Source of the DNA: Lingula anatina
Lineage: Eukaryota > Animalia > Brachiopoda
Reading direction: 5' to 3'
NCBI GenBank assembly: GCA_051362555.1
Contig: CM120643.1
Span: 20,402,848 to 20,466,847 of the forward strand
Length of the DNA: 64,000 nt
Shown here: positions 1-14,614 of the stretch, in pieces
Position numbering within the stretch: position 1 is the first letter of the stretch
Layout: every line of letters starts with the position of its first letter
Made by a program: the position numbers and the translations under genes
The notes under the pieces: generated by a model
What the model was told of the DNA's origin: nothing
The model's input: only the letters and a program-made list of their open reading frames with translations
Database searches by the model: none

Positions 1-537
1 TCTTGTAAATTACAAAACAATAAAAAACACAGTTTGCCTTTCTATGCACTCATGATGGCCGTGCACAAAACCGTTTTTTGTCAATCTTGATGCAATATTA
101 TGTATGATTTAATGATTAAGTGGAAATCATCACCAAATTTAAATTATCTAATTCATGTTACATGGCCATCCAGAAATAATATGGCTTCATGCCCATGGGA
201 GTTCCAAGTCCCACACTGAAAATTAATTTGACACATGCAGTGTAAAATATCAGCAAAGCACTGATTGGCTTAAAAACCGGAAGCTGGGAAAAATGAACCA
301 ATTGTTTACTTTGGCTTAAATACCCTTTGTTTTGAACTTGTAGGCAGTCATGTGACACAGGAGTCCCGTGAAACTTGTGAGGTTTTGTGTTTCCGATCGA
401 ACAGTATGATCAGTTGGACGTCGGTGAAAAAATAAAAAAATATCTTGGGTTTCAATTTTATTATTATTTATTCTATTTTGGCCATTTGAGGACGGTGGAG
501 CTTGAGAAACAAGTTATTAAAAAAAAAACTGCCTAAA
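1..537. repeat. Interspersed repeat fragment in VPS4 copy A intron 4
   Basis: Homologous to about 57825-58450 (direct) and 51640-52260 (inverted), e.g. ctgattggcttaaaaaccggaagct; absent from copy C intron 4. Confidence 0.75.
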
Positions 538-785
538 CAATCAATTACTGTAACATATTATTATTATATTTTTGATTCCCCAACAACTAAAAACACTCTA
601 TGCAATAAGAAATAAAGAATATTTTAGCATTTTGGAAATAAATAATAAGTTAAAAGCTCAAACAGTATTTGATCATTATTTCAGCCATTTAGTATACAGA
701 GGTGTTACAGTAATGCTATTGTACTTTCTTTCCACCGATAAAGAAAAAATTGTCCAAAATCACTTAATATCTTCAAATTTCTTAC

Positions 786-982
786 CTGTGAAAAGATGGG
801 GAAACTTAATGGGCATAGTGACTGCCTCTTCCAAAGCCTTTTTGGCTCCATCCAGACCTGCTATGTCGTCCCATTTAATGTTAGGCTTCTCCATCACAAT
901 GGTCCCTTCCAGCTGTGTCTGAAACTTTTTCTTTTCATCATTTCCTTCTGAATTACTGTCACTGCTGTCATTGTCTCCTTTC
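786..982 (-). CDS. VPS4: VPS4 exon 4 (linker and start of AAA domain), copy A
   Basis: tgcag|G AAA GGA ... TTC ACA G|gtaag; encodes [50 protein letters not shown]. Confidence 0.93.
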
Positions 983-3900
983 CTGCAGCAGAGCATTGGT
1001 TTTAATGCATAACACAAAGAACATTTGCTTACAGAAAACCTGATTTATTTACATAAATGACCCTTCGCTATTTTTCTTTCACAGGGATATTAAAATGGTT
1101 AGATCAGATTATTAAAACTTAAAGATGGAGATAAATTGAATCTTTAATTTCTCAGGTCTAATGTCTTTTTTTAGGTCTTTTTTCTTAATCCTCACTGATT
1201 TGCAAGTTTTATTTATTAAAACAATTCTGTATCAATATGCTTTTTGATAACATATTTTATTACTATTACTTTTCTGCTTTTCAATATGTTTAAAAGTGTA
1301 AAATACAAGAAAAATCATTGAAAAATAAAAAAATGGAAAATGGTTTAGCCTTTTTAAATAAATAAAACAAGCAAAAAATGTAAAAAAAACATTTAAAAAC
1401 ATAAATAAATGAATGAAATTTCATTACTTTCTATTTCCACCACAACTGCTGTCCTTTACTGGTTTCTGTTTTTTGCCACTGACATGCTGTCTTAATTTCT
1501 CTGCTCTGTCTGCATATGACTTACATTTAGTTCTGATACTTTCCTTAGCTTTGTCACTGCGTGCCTCATCTGAAATAAAAATAAATCACCTCCTAGTATT
1601 GCTGGAAGTACCCAAGATTGTTAGTTTGAAAAATTTTCAACACTTGAGTTAATAAGCATATAAGTGAAAGCTTTTGCATTTAACCAAACAGTAATTTCTA
1701 TAAATAGCAGGCCACACATTTTAATTAAAATATTTTAATGTGTTGCAATTTTACGAAGAAACTTGATTAAAAAAACACAAAATTTTCATCTGCACACATT
1801 TAATTGCACGGAGAAAGTACTCCACACCCTGCTCATACAACCTCAAGGCTTCCTCATAATTCTTTTTCTTGTCTTCTTCTGTAGCCTTGGTGACTATGTC
1901 AATGGCTTTCTGGAAAGAGATGTAGAATTAGTAATATACTGTAATAAAAAGCAAGAAAAAATGAAGAACAAATTCTTCATTTACAATTTAGTGCTAAATA
2001 TACCAGTGCATTTGGTTTCTGGGAAGAAATGCCAAATAAGTATAAAGTTAAATCAATCAAGTGGCACAGAAATGTAAAATGTTACTAGTATTACACAATC
2101 TACACAAACAGGTAACTGAAACTTTTTAATGACAAAGATTGTGTTCACATGAAAAATGTATTTTCTAAAAACCTATTTGCGGTATCTTGTGATCACGGTC
2201 TGTGCCCTGAATACCCCACGGCCTACCCAATTACGGGCAGCACAAGCCAGTTACTTCCAAAGCTGTAATTAATTCTCGGCGCTACCAGTAATTACGCCAT
2301 GGGGTATTCAGGCACAGACTGTCATCACAAGATACCAGAAATAGATTTTTATATTTTTAGAAAATAGATTGTTCATGTGAACGCAGCCTTACTCATGTGG
2401 GTGGTCGACACACCATCATCATCATCAGAAGCATTAAATGTCTACTAAAAATTTTGTTTTGTAAATGTCAGCAAAACATTCCTCAAAAAGTAGCAGTATC
2501 AGTTTTGGCTGAATAAAGCAGTGATCGAGGTAAAGGAAAACTGGAATTTGTGATCCAACTATCACTGTTACACCAGTATTTTTACTGTTGAGTCTTGTTA
2601 CCAAGCACTCCAAAACAAAAGTAGAATGTTAATCTTTATATCATTCTAACTAGAGGATCAGAGAGGCGATACCGCCTCTGGATATTGTACCACCAGCTGG
2701 AGTAAGCTCATTCGTATGGAAAACCGAAAAAAAGGGACACCACTACCAGTCTTGTGCTTGACACAGCTCCATAAAATGCAATAAACAAGAATTCTCAAAA
2801 TATCCAAAAAAAAAAATTCTGTAAAAATGGTCCTATCAATTTTCGAATTGACCTGTATTTTCCTCACATTGATCAATCCTGTGATTTTCTAGACAAAAGG
2901 CCTATTGGTTTTCCTCGAAATGTATTATCAGTGTTGCATATTTGCCGATAAAAAAGAAAACCAAAGGGCAACACTGGGCATATATCTTCTAGTTTTGAAG
3001 ATATGAGGGGCAAGAAAATATGCAAAGTTTAGTTCATGGTGAAAAAGTAAGTCAAAGGTCAATTTCAAGGCCACAGTTAGATTGCCAGTATATGCTTTCC
3101 TATTTAAGTTCAATAGCAACTATGAGCCTACCTCTGTCAGTTTTCTGAGATATAAGGGTGACAAAATTTGCAAGGTTCAATTCATGGTAAAAGTAGGTCA
3201 AAGGTCAATTTCAAGGTCACAGTAAGATTGCCAGTATATGACTTCCTACTCAAGTTCAACAGTAACTATGGGCGTATCTCTGATAGTTTTAGAGATATAA
3301 GGTCTGGAAAATTTGCAAAGTTTAGTTCATGGTGAAAATTAGGTCAAAGGTCAATTTCAGGATCACAGTAAATTGCCAGTATATGACTTCCTATTCAATT
3401 TCAATAGTACCATTGGCGAATCTTTGCCAGTTTTGGAGATACAAAGATCAGAAAACTTGCAAAGTGCAGTTCATGGTGAAAAGTAAGTCAAAGGTCAATT
3501 TCAAGGTCACAGTCAGATTACCAGTATACGACTTCCTATTCACATTCAATAGTAACTATGGGCGTATCTCAGCTAATTTTGGAGTATTTCAAATTTTATT
3601 TTCACCACTGAATATCGGGTACTGAACTTTTTGATATAATGCAACGCCTAAGCCAAATCAAAAAAGGAAAAATGGACACCACCTTCTGTGTTGCACTTGA
3701 TAATATCTACAAAATGCAAAAAACAAGAGGTCTCTAGCATTAACGGTTCCAGAATTAGAGAAAGTTTTCAGTTTCTGCATCTAATGGCCGCTACTCTCAT
3801 GAAAATGCACCGATTGACCCCAAACTCAAAAAGATGAAAGATGACACAAAGGGTAACAACTACCCATAATATTATAGGTTAGATCTGTGTAGTTTCTGAA

Positions 3901-6900
3901 AATCAGCAGAAATAAAAAAATTTTCGCAAAAAATTAAGATTTTTAGAAAATTTTGGCCAGTTTGACCTTGAAATAAAGGTCAAAAGTCAAATCCAAGGGC
4001 ATATCTGGAATCTTCATATATGACTTTCGGTCAGACTTCTGTAGTAATTTTTCCCATAATTCCTTCGATTTGGGAGATATGTGGCATTGAATTTTCAAAA
4101 ATTTTGACAAGGGTGTGTTTCAACGAGTGTCATGCCCAGGCCAATGCACTGACTGAGATAAAAAGAACAGGAGGTTCAAGTTGAGATTATATGTGACCTA
4201 AATCCAAGAGATGGGGACAAGGGTCCTTGCAGTCTAGGAGGAGAAGCGGTAACGGTGACTTGTATCCGGCGCCAGTACGCGGAGCCGGCGGAGCCGCAGG
4301 AGCCGGCGGAGCCGTACGAGACGGGTCGGGACTAAAACCATGAGTACCGCCAGCGTACACGCTGGTGGTACTAATAAAGGTTTGCTGCTGTCAATGACAT
4401 TCTACATTGAAGAAGACTATATCTTGGATGGATATTAGGATCATACTCATCTGGTGATGCACATGACTCATATCTTTCAAAACAAATACCTCTAAAAATA
4501 GTGTATTTTTCTTGCAGGGGTAGATCAGCATAACAGCAAATATGACACCCCATCAACCTATAGGTGTCTAGCTTACCTGTAAGATGTATTTTGACTCTTT
4601 CAAAGCCTCTTTGGCTCCATCCAGACCTACTACACCATCCCTTTTAAAGTTAGTCTGCCCCATCCCAGTGGCCCCTTCTAGCTGTGTCTGCAACTTTTTC
4701 TTTTCAACATTTCCTTCTGGATCACTTTCACTGCTGTCACTGTGTCCTTCCCTGCAGCAGAGCACTAGCTTTAATGTACATGTATAATAAATTACCTTGC
4801 ATGGTCATCTAGATCAATCAAAATGAGGAGTGATAAGATTTCCCAATTACCCACCATCTGTTGGATGGGGGCTATAATGAAGAATCAATTATCCTTATCA
4901 AAAAGTGAATATTTTAAAATAATTACAATAGGATGGATGACACTCCTTTGTATGAGACTGAAAGAAATCCCTGTCATAAGCTGAGGCCAGCATAGGAAAT
5001 TCCAATGCCAGAATCTCCAAAAAGTGTTTTTCCTATCTTTGAGAAGAACATTTCCAACAGATTTATGTTGGATAATAATACATATTTGGGGAAATACATG
5101 TCTGTTAAGTGCAAGGATAAAAATTTATGATACCGGTATATGAAAGTGAAAGAGTTCAATCAAAACTTAACACAGAGTGTTAATGATACAGTGTTGCATC
5201 TGGGCTGCGCCATTCCCGCATTAAAAACAGTGTTGTCCCTCATTTTGAGGCACGCCGCGCCACTAATGGCACAAAGGTAGAATAAATGTCCCTTTAAATT
5301 ATATCTAAAGCGTCCATCTAAGTAACATTTCTTTCCTGCTTGTCAATTATTCAATGTATACAGGAGAACATGAACGTTCCAAAAGAAACCATATTGTTTA
5401 CGCTGTGTAGTTAGGGGTTCTAACACGTCAGCACATGTACATCCGGCCCAGCTAACCAGACTTGAGTGGTTTGTGCGCAGAGCATACCATCACAGTGGCA
5501 ATGAAGTATCTTACGGCACCCTGTGCCAAAAATGTTTTTAGACTACTATAGCCCTTCAGGCAAGCAGACTCTAAAATTTTATTAGTCTGAACCAAAAAAA
5601 CACGAGCCCAATTTAAATAATTCATTTAAACAGTTTAAGCAGATGTTTTAAGGAGTATCAAACTTATCAGGTGAATAACAAAGTCAGTCAGGTTGATTTC
5701 CAGTTGATGGGGTGATAAAATTAAATAAAAATATATTTAATTTTTTTTTATATTGATAAAATCTTTTTTCATTTGTAATACTGATTATATAGTTTTTATA
5801 GTTATTTTTATAGTTATATAGTTATTTTTTATATTTTCATAATACCTTTTAAACATTTTTCATATGCAATCAAAATAAATAAAATAAAACAAATTCCTAT
5901 ACTCTTTATTGACAATGGCTCTTTTCTGACAATTTATTTCCAAACAACATTAGTATTTATCACCACTTGTAACTTAAATTACATAGGTGTTGTGAGATGT
6001 CACATTGTCAAGAATAGCTCAAAGGGTATTTAGTAATATGTAACTGCCTGGGTCTTATTGTTTTTAAAAGGCATAAGCCAAGGAAAATGTCTTTACTCAT
6101 GAATGTTAAAAAATATAAATAAAAAACATTAACAAAACAAAAAAGGAAAAAAATACTCCACCCCTCAGTCTGCTAGGTGGTCTTAACTCAAATATTCTAT
6201 GAGATAACACATACATTACACTTGCTTCAAAGACAGCGTGTTGTTTTGACAAAGAACCTGTTGCTACTAAGGAGTTTCGGTCTGTCCCAGTTTCTTGATT
6301 GACAGCCATTTGTAGTCGTGACAACATACTGGTCACATCAAAAGATGCCACATGCTGAACAGACAGACTGCTGCTATTAATTTAATTTATAGCAACTTAA
6401 ATATTCAGTAGTAAGAGCTACAGTGTGAGATTTTTTAACAGGTACAAAGAAGATTGGCAAGTTATATGTTGACATCTTACTGAGTGTTCAAATATGTTCA
6501 AAATTACAACTAACCCATTTGGGCTAGTGCTTTATAAAATTTCAACTTTTTTACTTGCCTGATGCCACTTCAGGTGGGCAATTGCTTAATATCGCATTTG
6601 ATTCTTTTGGTCTCTATTTTTATGTTAAGTTGCCTGACAGCCATAGCAAAATGTCAGATGAGAATTATTAATTTTTTCAAAAGCACAAGAAACAGTGGAG
6701 ACGAAGCTGCAACAATTTCAACTTTGCCTCAGGTGGAGATACAGGGTTGCCTGCCAAGATGGCAAAACAAGAGCCACGTGGTTTTACAAAGAGTGGCTGC
6801 ATGCTTAAATTGTGGACAATGAAATTCTAAGTAAAATTTTCAACAGAGGATAACACAAAGCTATACCAAAACTGCAAGCATATATGCTTACCATCTACTT

Positions 6901-9900
6901 GTTTTCATTTTTTTTTAATTTGCAAGGCACTTAAATGTCACATTTTTTTACATTTCTACTTATTTGCTTAAATTATTATCATTCATTCAAGTGTGTATAG
7001 TTTTAGTTGTACTTCCCTCAGCTTTTTCAAAATTTGCCTAAAGTTATACCTACATGTACTACATTTCCCCAATAAAATACCTAGAGGCATTGATCAGTTT
7101 TAACGCCAGAAAGCGTCAGTTTACATATGCATGAGCGACAATAGGAATATGAAAGTGTGGTGTGGCAGTGCATACTACAGGGTAGTAGATGCAGGTTTTA
7201 AGTGTGAACCCCTATAGGACCAGTCTTTCTACGCTCCTGACTCCCCATACCACAATTTGCAACTGCATACATAACTACGAACAAATGTCGTAGGATCTAC
7301 CTACGAAAGGTAATTTTGTTATCTGCGTAAGTGAATACGTCAAATTACAATTCAACGCTTGGATGAACCTACCGTGGACAGGCCTTCGTTATTCAGCTAT
7401 TGGCCTAGCTTCTACATGTATTATTGTATTGATTTTACTTTGCTAGTGTTGATATGGCCAATCGCAGTGGAGGTGAACAACTATAAGACATGAATATTTC
7501 TCTCCAGGGAGATAGATCAATCCAAATATCTGTGGGAATGGTCCCTATGATAGTATAAGTTGACAGCTATGGTTCGTAAATTTTGTACTGAAAGACCGGC
7601 GGTTGCACAAATTTCAGAACAAGTACCAGTACTCTAACGAGACACAAGGCATCCAGTAAGCATTGACGTGTTATGTCGGTGCAAAGCAGGCCAACTATAT
7701 GGAAGTTGCTCTAAGTAAATCTTTAAGTGAAGCTGAAGAGGCGATCCTGAAGTTAATGAGGGTTATGTACTTCAGTGCGAAAAATTTGATTACAATGTAC
7801 AGTCCCTTGCTGGAATTGATGGAACTAAATAAACAAGACTGTAAATAAAATATACAAAGATAATGGTGTCATGGCCACAAATCAGAATATTATGCAAGAA
7901 AGAAAAAATCACATGCAAATCTTTTTACAAACAAGGCAGCAAAGCTGTCAAAAGTACAGACAAAAAGCAAAAAACAAAGATGCAGAAAATGGGTCATTTT
8001 GTCAATTTTGATACAATAACAATTCTAGAAGATCAGAAAGACGATACTGCCTCCTGGTATTGTACTGCCAGCTGGAGTAAGCACATTCATATGGAAACCA
8101 CAAAAAAAAGGGACATCACCTCCAATGTTGTGTTTGGCAAACTCTTCAAAATGCAGTAAACAAGAGTTCATAATTTTTTGTTGAAAATTACAATTCATAA
8201 CTAAACCATGGGGATAAGTAAAAGGTAAAATTCAAATTTGTGAAGTGCAGTTCATGGTGAAAAGAAGGCCAAATGTCAATTTTAAGGTCATAGTTAGATT
8301 GTCAGGATATGAGTTCCTATATTCAAGTTCAATAGTAACTATGGGCATACATGTATCTCTGCCAGTTTTGGAGATATAAGGGATGGAAATGTTGCAAAGT
8401 TGAGTTCATGGAGAAAAGTAGGTCAAAGGTCAATTTCAAGGTCAGAGATAGATTGCCAGTATAATTGTTCCTATACAAGTTCAATAGTAACTTGGGGCAT
8501 ATCTCTGACAGTATTGGAGATATTGGGCTGGAAAAGCTGCAAAGTTCAGTTCATGGTTAAAAGTAGGCCAAAGGTCAATTTCAAGGTCACAGGTAGACTG
8601 CCAGTATATGACTTCCTATTCAAGTTCAATAGTAAGTAGGGGCATAAGAACTTCAAGCCAAAGGAAGTTTAAAGCCACACCTTGAAATTGTCGATATGTG
8701 AAATTCTTTTTTTCTCATAAAAAAAACATATAATTTCCAGAAAAGTTTACAGATAAAACAGGTTTTCCAACTGAAGATATACATGTATTTTAGTCCTATG
8801 CTACTTTTCTGTAAGTGAAATGGTTTTCCTCTAATGGTCACTATTGAGGCAGTGCCAAAAAAGGGTTGTCTTCAATTTTGATGCAAGATTACATAATGCT
8901 TAACAGCAAAAAGACCATCAATTTTTAATAAAAAAATAAAATAATAAAATACAGAAAATGCACAGAGCTTCTGGTGGATGGGGGTTAAAAGTGGCATCTT
9001 GAAGATGCTAGTGTTTGAAAGATAATTTAAAATTTTTTAAATAAAACATAACAAAAAATTCCAATAAAGCTGCTATTCAAACTTTTAATCTAACTGTATA
9101 ACTATTAACATGATATGAATAACCCTATTGAAATTGAGAATAATAAGGCACTGTTATTCATCTTTACCATTAATGTTAGCATTACACAAAGTTTTTTTTT
9201 TTTTTTTTTTTGTAAATGTATTGGCAATATTAAACAACATTTACCTGCTTAATTATCACCAATTCCTAATTATGTGACACAGTTTAGAGAGCTAAACCTA
9301 TAGGACTAAACCTATAATGAAATCTCAACATGTGTTTTAAGTAATCTCCGTTAATGGTCACTTGAAAATTAATTAGGCAAATGACTTAATTAGACTAAAT
9401 AACCCTGAATTTAGCTAGTGATTACCCAAGGGGCAATAACATACTGACTGACATCCATATACTGTGGCACCAGATAGCACTCTATAGAACTGCATTGCTT
9501 CCAAAGCAGAAAACAATCACACTGATTTTCCAACACAAGCTGCACTTCAGTCCTATGTAACTTTTCAGTAAGTTTGAGTATCATAAGTAACATGGTTTTC
9601 CCTTAATTTTCATCCTGGCAGCAGTGTCCAAAAAAGGGTTTTCTTCAATTTTCATGCAATGTAACATAATGCTTAACAGCATGATGACCAGCAATTTTTA
9701 ATAATAAAGTATCATGGAAATTCAGAAAATGTGACTTGCAAAGGTCTTCAAGCCAATAGAAGTTCAAATTCATACCTTGAAAATGTCAATATGTGAAAAT
9801 GTTAATTCTCACAAAAAAAAAAACCTATATAATCTCCAGAAAAGTTAATTGATAAAACTAGTTTTCCAACTGAAGCTACATTTGAGTCCTAAGCTACTTT

Positions 9901-12900
9901 TGTGTGTAAGTTTGAGAAGAGTAAGTGACATGGTTTTCTTTTAATGGTCACTATGGAGACAGTGCCCAAAATAAGGTTGTCTTCAATTCTGATGTAATAT
10001 TACATAATGCTTAACAGCATAATGGCCATCAACGTTTTGATAATAAAACTAGAGGATCAGAGAGGCGATACCGCCTCCGGATATTGTACCACCAGCTGGA
10101 GTAAGCGCATTCGAATGGAAAACCAAAAACAAACAGGAACAACTACCAGTGTTGTATTTGACAAGCTCTACAAAATGCAATAAACAAGACAAGAAATATG
10201 CCCCCTCCTCCAAAATAAAAAAAACAGCACAACTTTTATAAAAATTGTCTGATCAAGCCAATTTTCAAGACTATAGGCTTGTCAGTTTTCTTTAAAATGC
10301 ATTATCAGTGTTGCATATATACTGAAAGAAATAGGCCTATCTCTGCCAGTTTTGGAAATATAAGGGATAGAAAATTTGCAAAGTTCAGTTCATGGTAAAA
10401 AGAAGGTCAAAGGTCAATTTAAATGTGACAGTCAGATGTCCAGAATATGAGCGCATTCTCAACGAATTACGGTACCGTAAGCCAGGCTTTACAAAGCCGG
10501 TGACCTAAAAATGGCGGACGTACATGAAAGAAAAACCGCCTAATCTTTTAATAGTCTCTCCGCCTCCCCACACGTCGTCCCTGCGGGGTACAGTAATTAA
10601 ATCGCGTCTCGGTTCGCCATGCAGAAGCTACCTGAGAAATATTAAGTGCGCATGCTCATCAGTTAAACTCGTGGTGAGGAAAGCATGGCGGCTGAAGGCG
10701 ATCGAATGAAAAAAGCGCTTCTGTTCTATTATCTTTGAAAACAGAGACGAAAAAGGAATAATTTGGCCCGTAGAGCAGCAATGAATCGACTATCTACGGA
10801 GATAATATCACAAGATATTCACGGAAATATTAATGTTCGGAGCCGAGATTTAATTACTGTACCCCGCAGGGACGACGTGTGGGGAGGCGTGTGAGAGGCG
10901 GAGAGACTATTAAAAGATTAGGCGGTTTTTCTTTCATGTACGTCCGCCATTTTTAGGTCACCGGCTTTGTAAAGCTTGGCTTAATTCGTTGAGAATGCGC
11001 TCTATGACTTCCTATTCAAGTTCAAATGCAACCATGCGTGTATTTCGGCCAGTATTGGAGAAAGAAGGGATGGAAAAATTGCAAAGTTCAGTGCAAAGTG
11101 AAAAGTAGGTCAAAGTTTTCAGTTTTGGCATCTTATGGCCGTTTCTCCCATGAAAATGCACCGATTGACCCCAAACTCCCCAAAATGAAAGGAGTCCCTA
11201 ATTGCATGCCCTCACTATGATATGAGTGCTAAACTCTGTGTAGTTTCTGAAATTTGGTACAAATAAAAGTTTTTTTGCAAAAAATACCCGTTTTTAGAAA
11301 ATTTTGGCCTGTTTGACCTTGAAAAAAGGTCAAATTTCAGAAACTACCTTGAAAAAAAGGTCAAAGGTCAAATCCAAAGGCATATTTGAAATCCTCATAT
11401 ATGATTTTAGGTCAGACTTCTATACTAATTTTTCCCATAATTCCTTCCATTTAGGAGATATATAGCATTGAAGTTTAAAAAAATTTGACAAGGGTGCATT
11501 TCATTGAGTGTCACGCCCAAGCGAATGCACCGACTGAGACAAAAAAACCAGGGGGTTCAAGTTGAGATTATATGTGACCTAAATCTAAGAGTTGGGGACA
11601 CAGGTCCGTGCGGTCTAGGAGGAGAAGCGGTAACGGTGACTTGTATCCCACGCCACCCTGCGGAGCCGGCGGAGCTCACGGAGCTCACGTTCGAAGCCGG
11701 CGGAGCCGTACGATACGGGTCGGGACTAAAACCATGAGTACCGCCAGCGTACATGCTGGTGGTACTAATGAAATTATCATGGAAATTCGGAAAATGTGGC
11801 GTGGAAAGGTCTTCAAGGCCATGGAAGTTCAAAGTCACACTTTCAAAATGCCAAAATGTAAACAAGAGATAACTGTATTAAAATGATTTTCTGTCCATTT
11901 TCAACACCTTTTTATACATAAAACAAAATAATCTATTTACTGTTATTTTTAATTGATTAGCTAAGAAAATTGTTGACAAAGGAAATATATCAATAGAACA
12001 ATTTTAGATGTCCAATTTGCTCCATTCTGAGATTCTGAACATAGTGAATGATTGAATCTAACAAACTGTAAAGATATGAGTTTTTTTTTCTATTTTTAAC
12101 TCTTTATTACACAATACACAATAACAGATTTACCATCATTTTTATATATTAAACTAACAATATTATTAAGATGCAGAAAATGTCAAAAGAACACCTTTAC
12201 ATATCTACTAGTATGTAGTTAAAAAATGAGACTGTTAACATGCCTAAGAATTAAATCTGAGGAAAAAACACTTATTTACATAAAAAGGCATAACTTCACG
12301 AAAACTTAAAGGTACATACGAACCGAGCATCGGTGGAGCGTGGATTCCCAGTAGCACATGTAAACCACTTCTACTAGATTCTTATATGACTCAAATAAAT
12401 TTGACATGCCAAGGGATAAACTGTATAGATCACTCGATCAGCCATAAAAGACCTTTAGACTGCTCCTTTCTTTAAATTTATGGTTGTAAATTTAACCTAC
12501 TTCCGTGACCTACTTTCCTGTCCCATTGACATACCTGTACAGCTTAGAATGCCAGCAGAAAAATCTGTTCAAACATCATTTTCGGGTAAAATTAAACAAT
12601 GCCTTTTGGTAATTCTCTTAGTTATACTACTTGAAACTATATGCTGGCATTTGGTTGGTTTTTGTGACAAAAAATTGACTTTGTATGCATCTTTAACCAA
12701 TCAAGCTTATTCTCAAACTTATCTTGTATTCTAGTAAGACTGATCACTCCTGTGAATTTCAAGACAATTGGCCAAGCGTGTTATCGGTATTGCATATATG
12801 CTGAAAAAAAAATGAAAAATAAAACAATATAACTTTTATTTAAAAAAACCCCGATCATGCTGATTTTCAAACTTGACCTGCGTATTATGAATATTCATCA

Positions 12901-13928
12901 GTTTTGTAAGTTTCAAGCCAAAAGGTAAAATGGTTTTTCACTTATCGTGTTATCGATGTTGCATATATGCTGAAAAAAGTGAAAAAAACAGCATAACTTC
13001 CATAAAAATGACCCTATAATGCTGATTTTCAAACTTGACCTGCATATATTAAATATTGATCAGTTTTGTAAATTTCAAGCCAAAAGATAAAATGGTTTTT
13101 CACTTATCGTGTTACCGGTGTTGCATATTTGGTGAAAGAAGTGAAAAAAACAGCATAACTTCCATAAAAATGGCCCGAAGTGAAAAAAACAGCATAACTT
13201 CCATAAAAATGGCCCGATCATACTGATTTTCAAAATTGAACTGCATATTATGAATATTCATCAGTTCTGTAAGTTTCAAGCCAAAAGAAAATGGTTTTCC
13301 ATTTATCGTGTTATCGGTGAAAGTGCATGGCGATGGCGATCACGACGGCGATGACACGCAGGTGACGGCTTTATGTACAGATACAAGATAGAAGGTGTTA
13401 ATCTGAAAGAGTTGTTAAGATCCTAGGAAATGCCTTAGATGAATACTACTACTACAGCCAACATGCTTGAAGGAAAAATCTCAGATGATGAATTACTTCA
13501 GACATTAAAAATGTGAAAAATTATAAAAGCCCAGGCATGGCCAACTTCACAGTGAAAATTTTTTTTGACAGATATACACTCCTTTATTCTCCATTCCATA
13601 AACGAAGCATATGAAAAGTAATGATTAAAATATTTTTGAAAGATTCACAGTCGTGTGTATTAATGAATAGACATTCTTCTTCCCTCTTTAGTATCTCGAG
13701 GCTGTCGCCAAGGTGCTCCCCTCTCACCATACCTATTCATATTATGTGCTGAAAGTCTTTCTAGTATGTTAAGAAATAATGACCACATAACATGCATAAT
13801 GAAGAATTTCTAAATTCTCAGTATGCTGATGATACAACAATACTTTAGATGGAACTGAAAAAAGTTTACATGCTGTGCTCCAAACTTTTTAAAAATTTGC
13901 TAGCATGTCTGGTTTAACTGTACATTCA

Positions 13929-13973
<45 letters not shown>

Positions 13974-14567
13974 AACACCATTCTTTGTAAAGATTTTAAA
14001 TTAGATTGGAAACCGAAGACTTTGAACATTTTAGGTGTTGAATTCTCAACCAACTTACAGGATTTGGTGGAAAAGAATTATAAAGACAAATTCAAAGAAG
14101 TAAAGCGGTTTATGGAAAAATGGTCGACCAGACCCCTGACAGTATTAGGGAGGAACGTGACATAATCATCTTTTTACTTCACTTTCTAACCCGAACACAA
14201 ATTTTATTAAAGAACTTCAAAAATTATGTTTTAGATTTTTATGGAAAGGTAAAGTTGTTAATTAAAAGTTAAAAGGGAAAAGATGATTCAAAATTATAGA
14301 AATGGAGGAATTAAGACTACTGACATTAAGTATTACATTTATGCACTAAAGGTAACCTGGCTTAGAAGATGTACATTAAAAGATTCAAAATGGAACATCC
14401 TTTTTAGACTCCATTAATACCAATTTACATTGGGCCAAAATTGGTAAGGGGAAACTGATATCTATAAGAAATAATATAAGAAACTCATTTTCGAAGGATG
14501 TTATTGATGCCTGGATAAATCTGCTAGATCATAAAATTGTCTGTACCAGAGATAAATTTTTGAAGGT

Positions 14568-14614
<47 letters not shown>

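Noticed and set aside
11504-11886. GC-rich overlapping ORFs (also 24966-25212 and 46759-47064)
   Set aside because: They overlie the HINE terminal (GGAGCCGGC)n tract; not conserved in frame among copies
13905-14165. Poly-lysine ORF
   Set aside because: Poly-A tract within a frameshifted LINE
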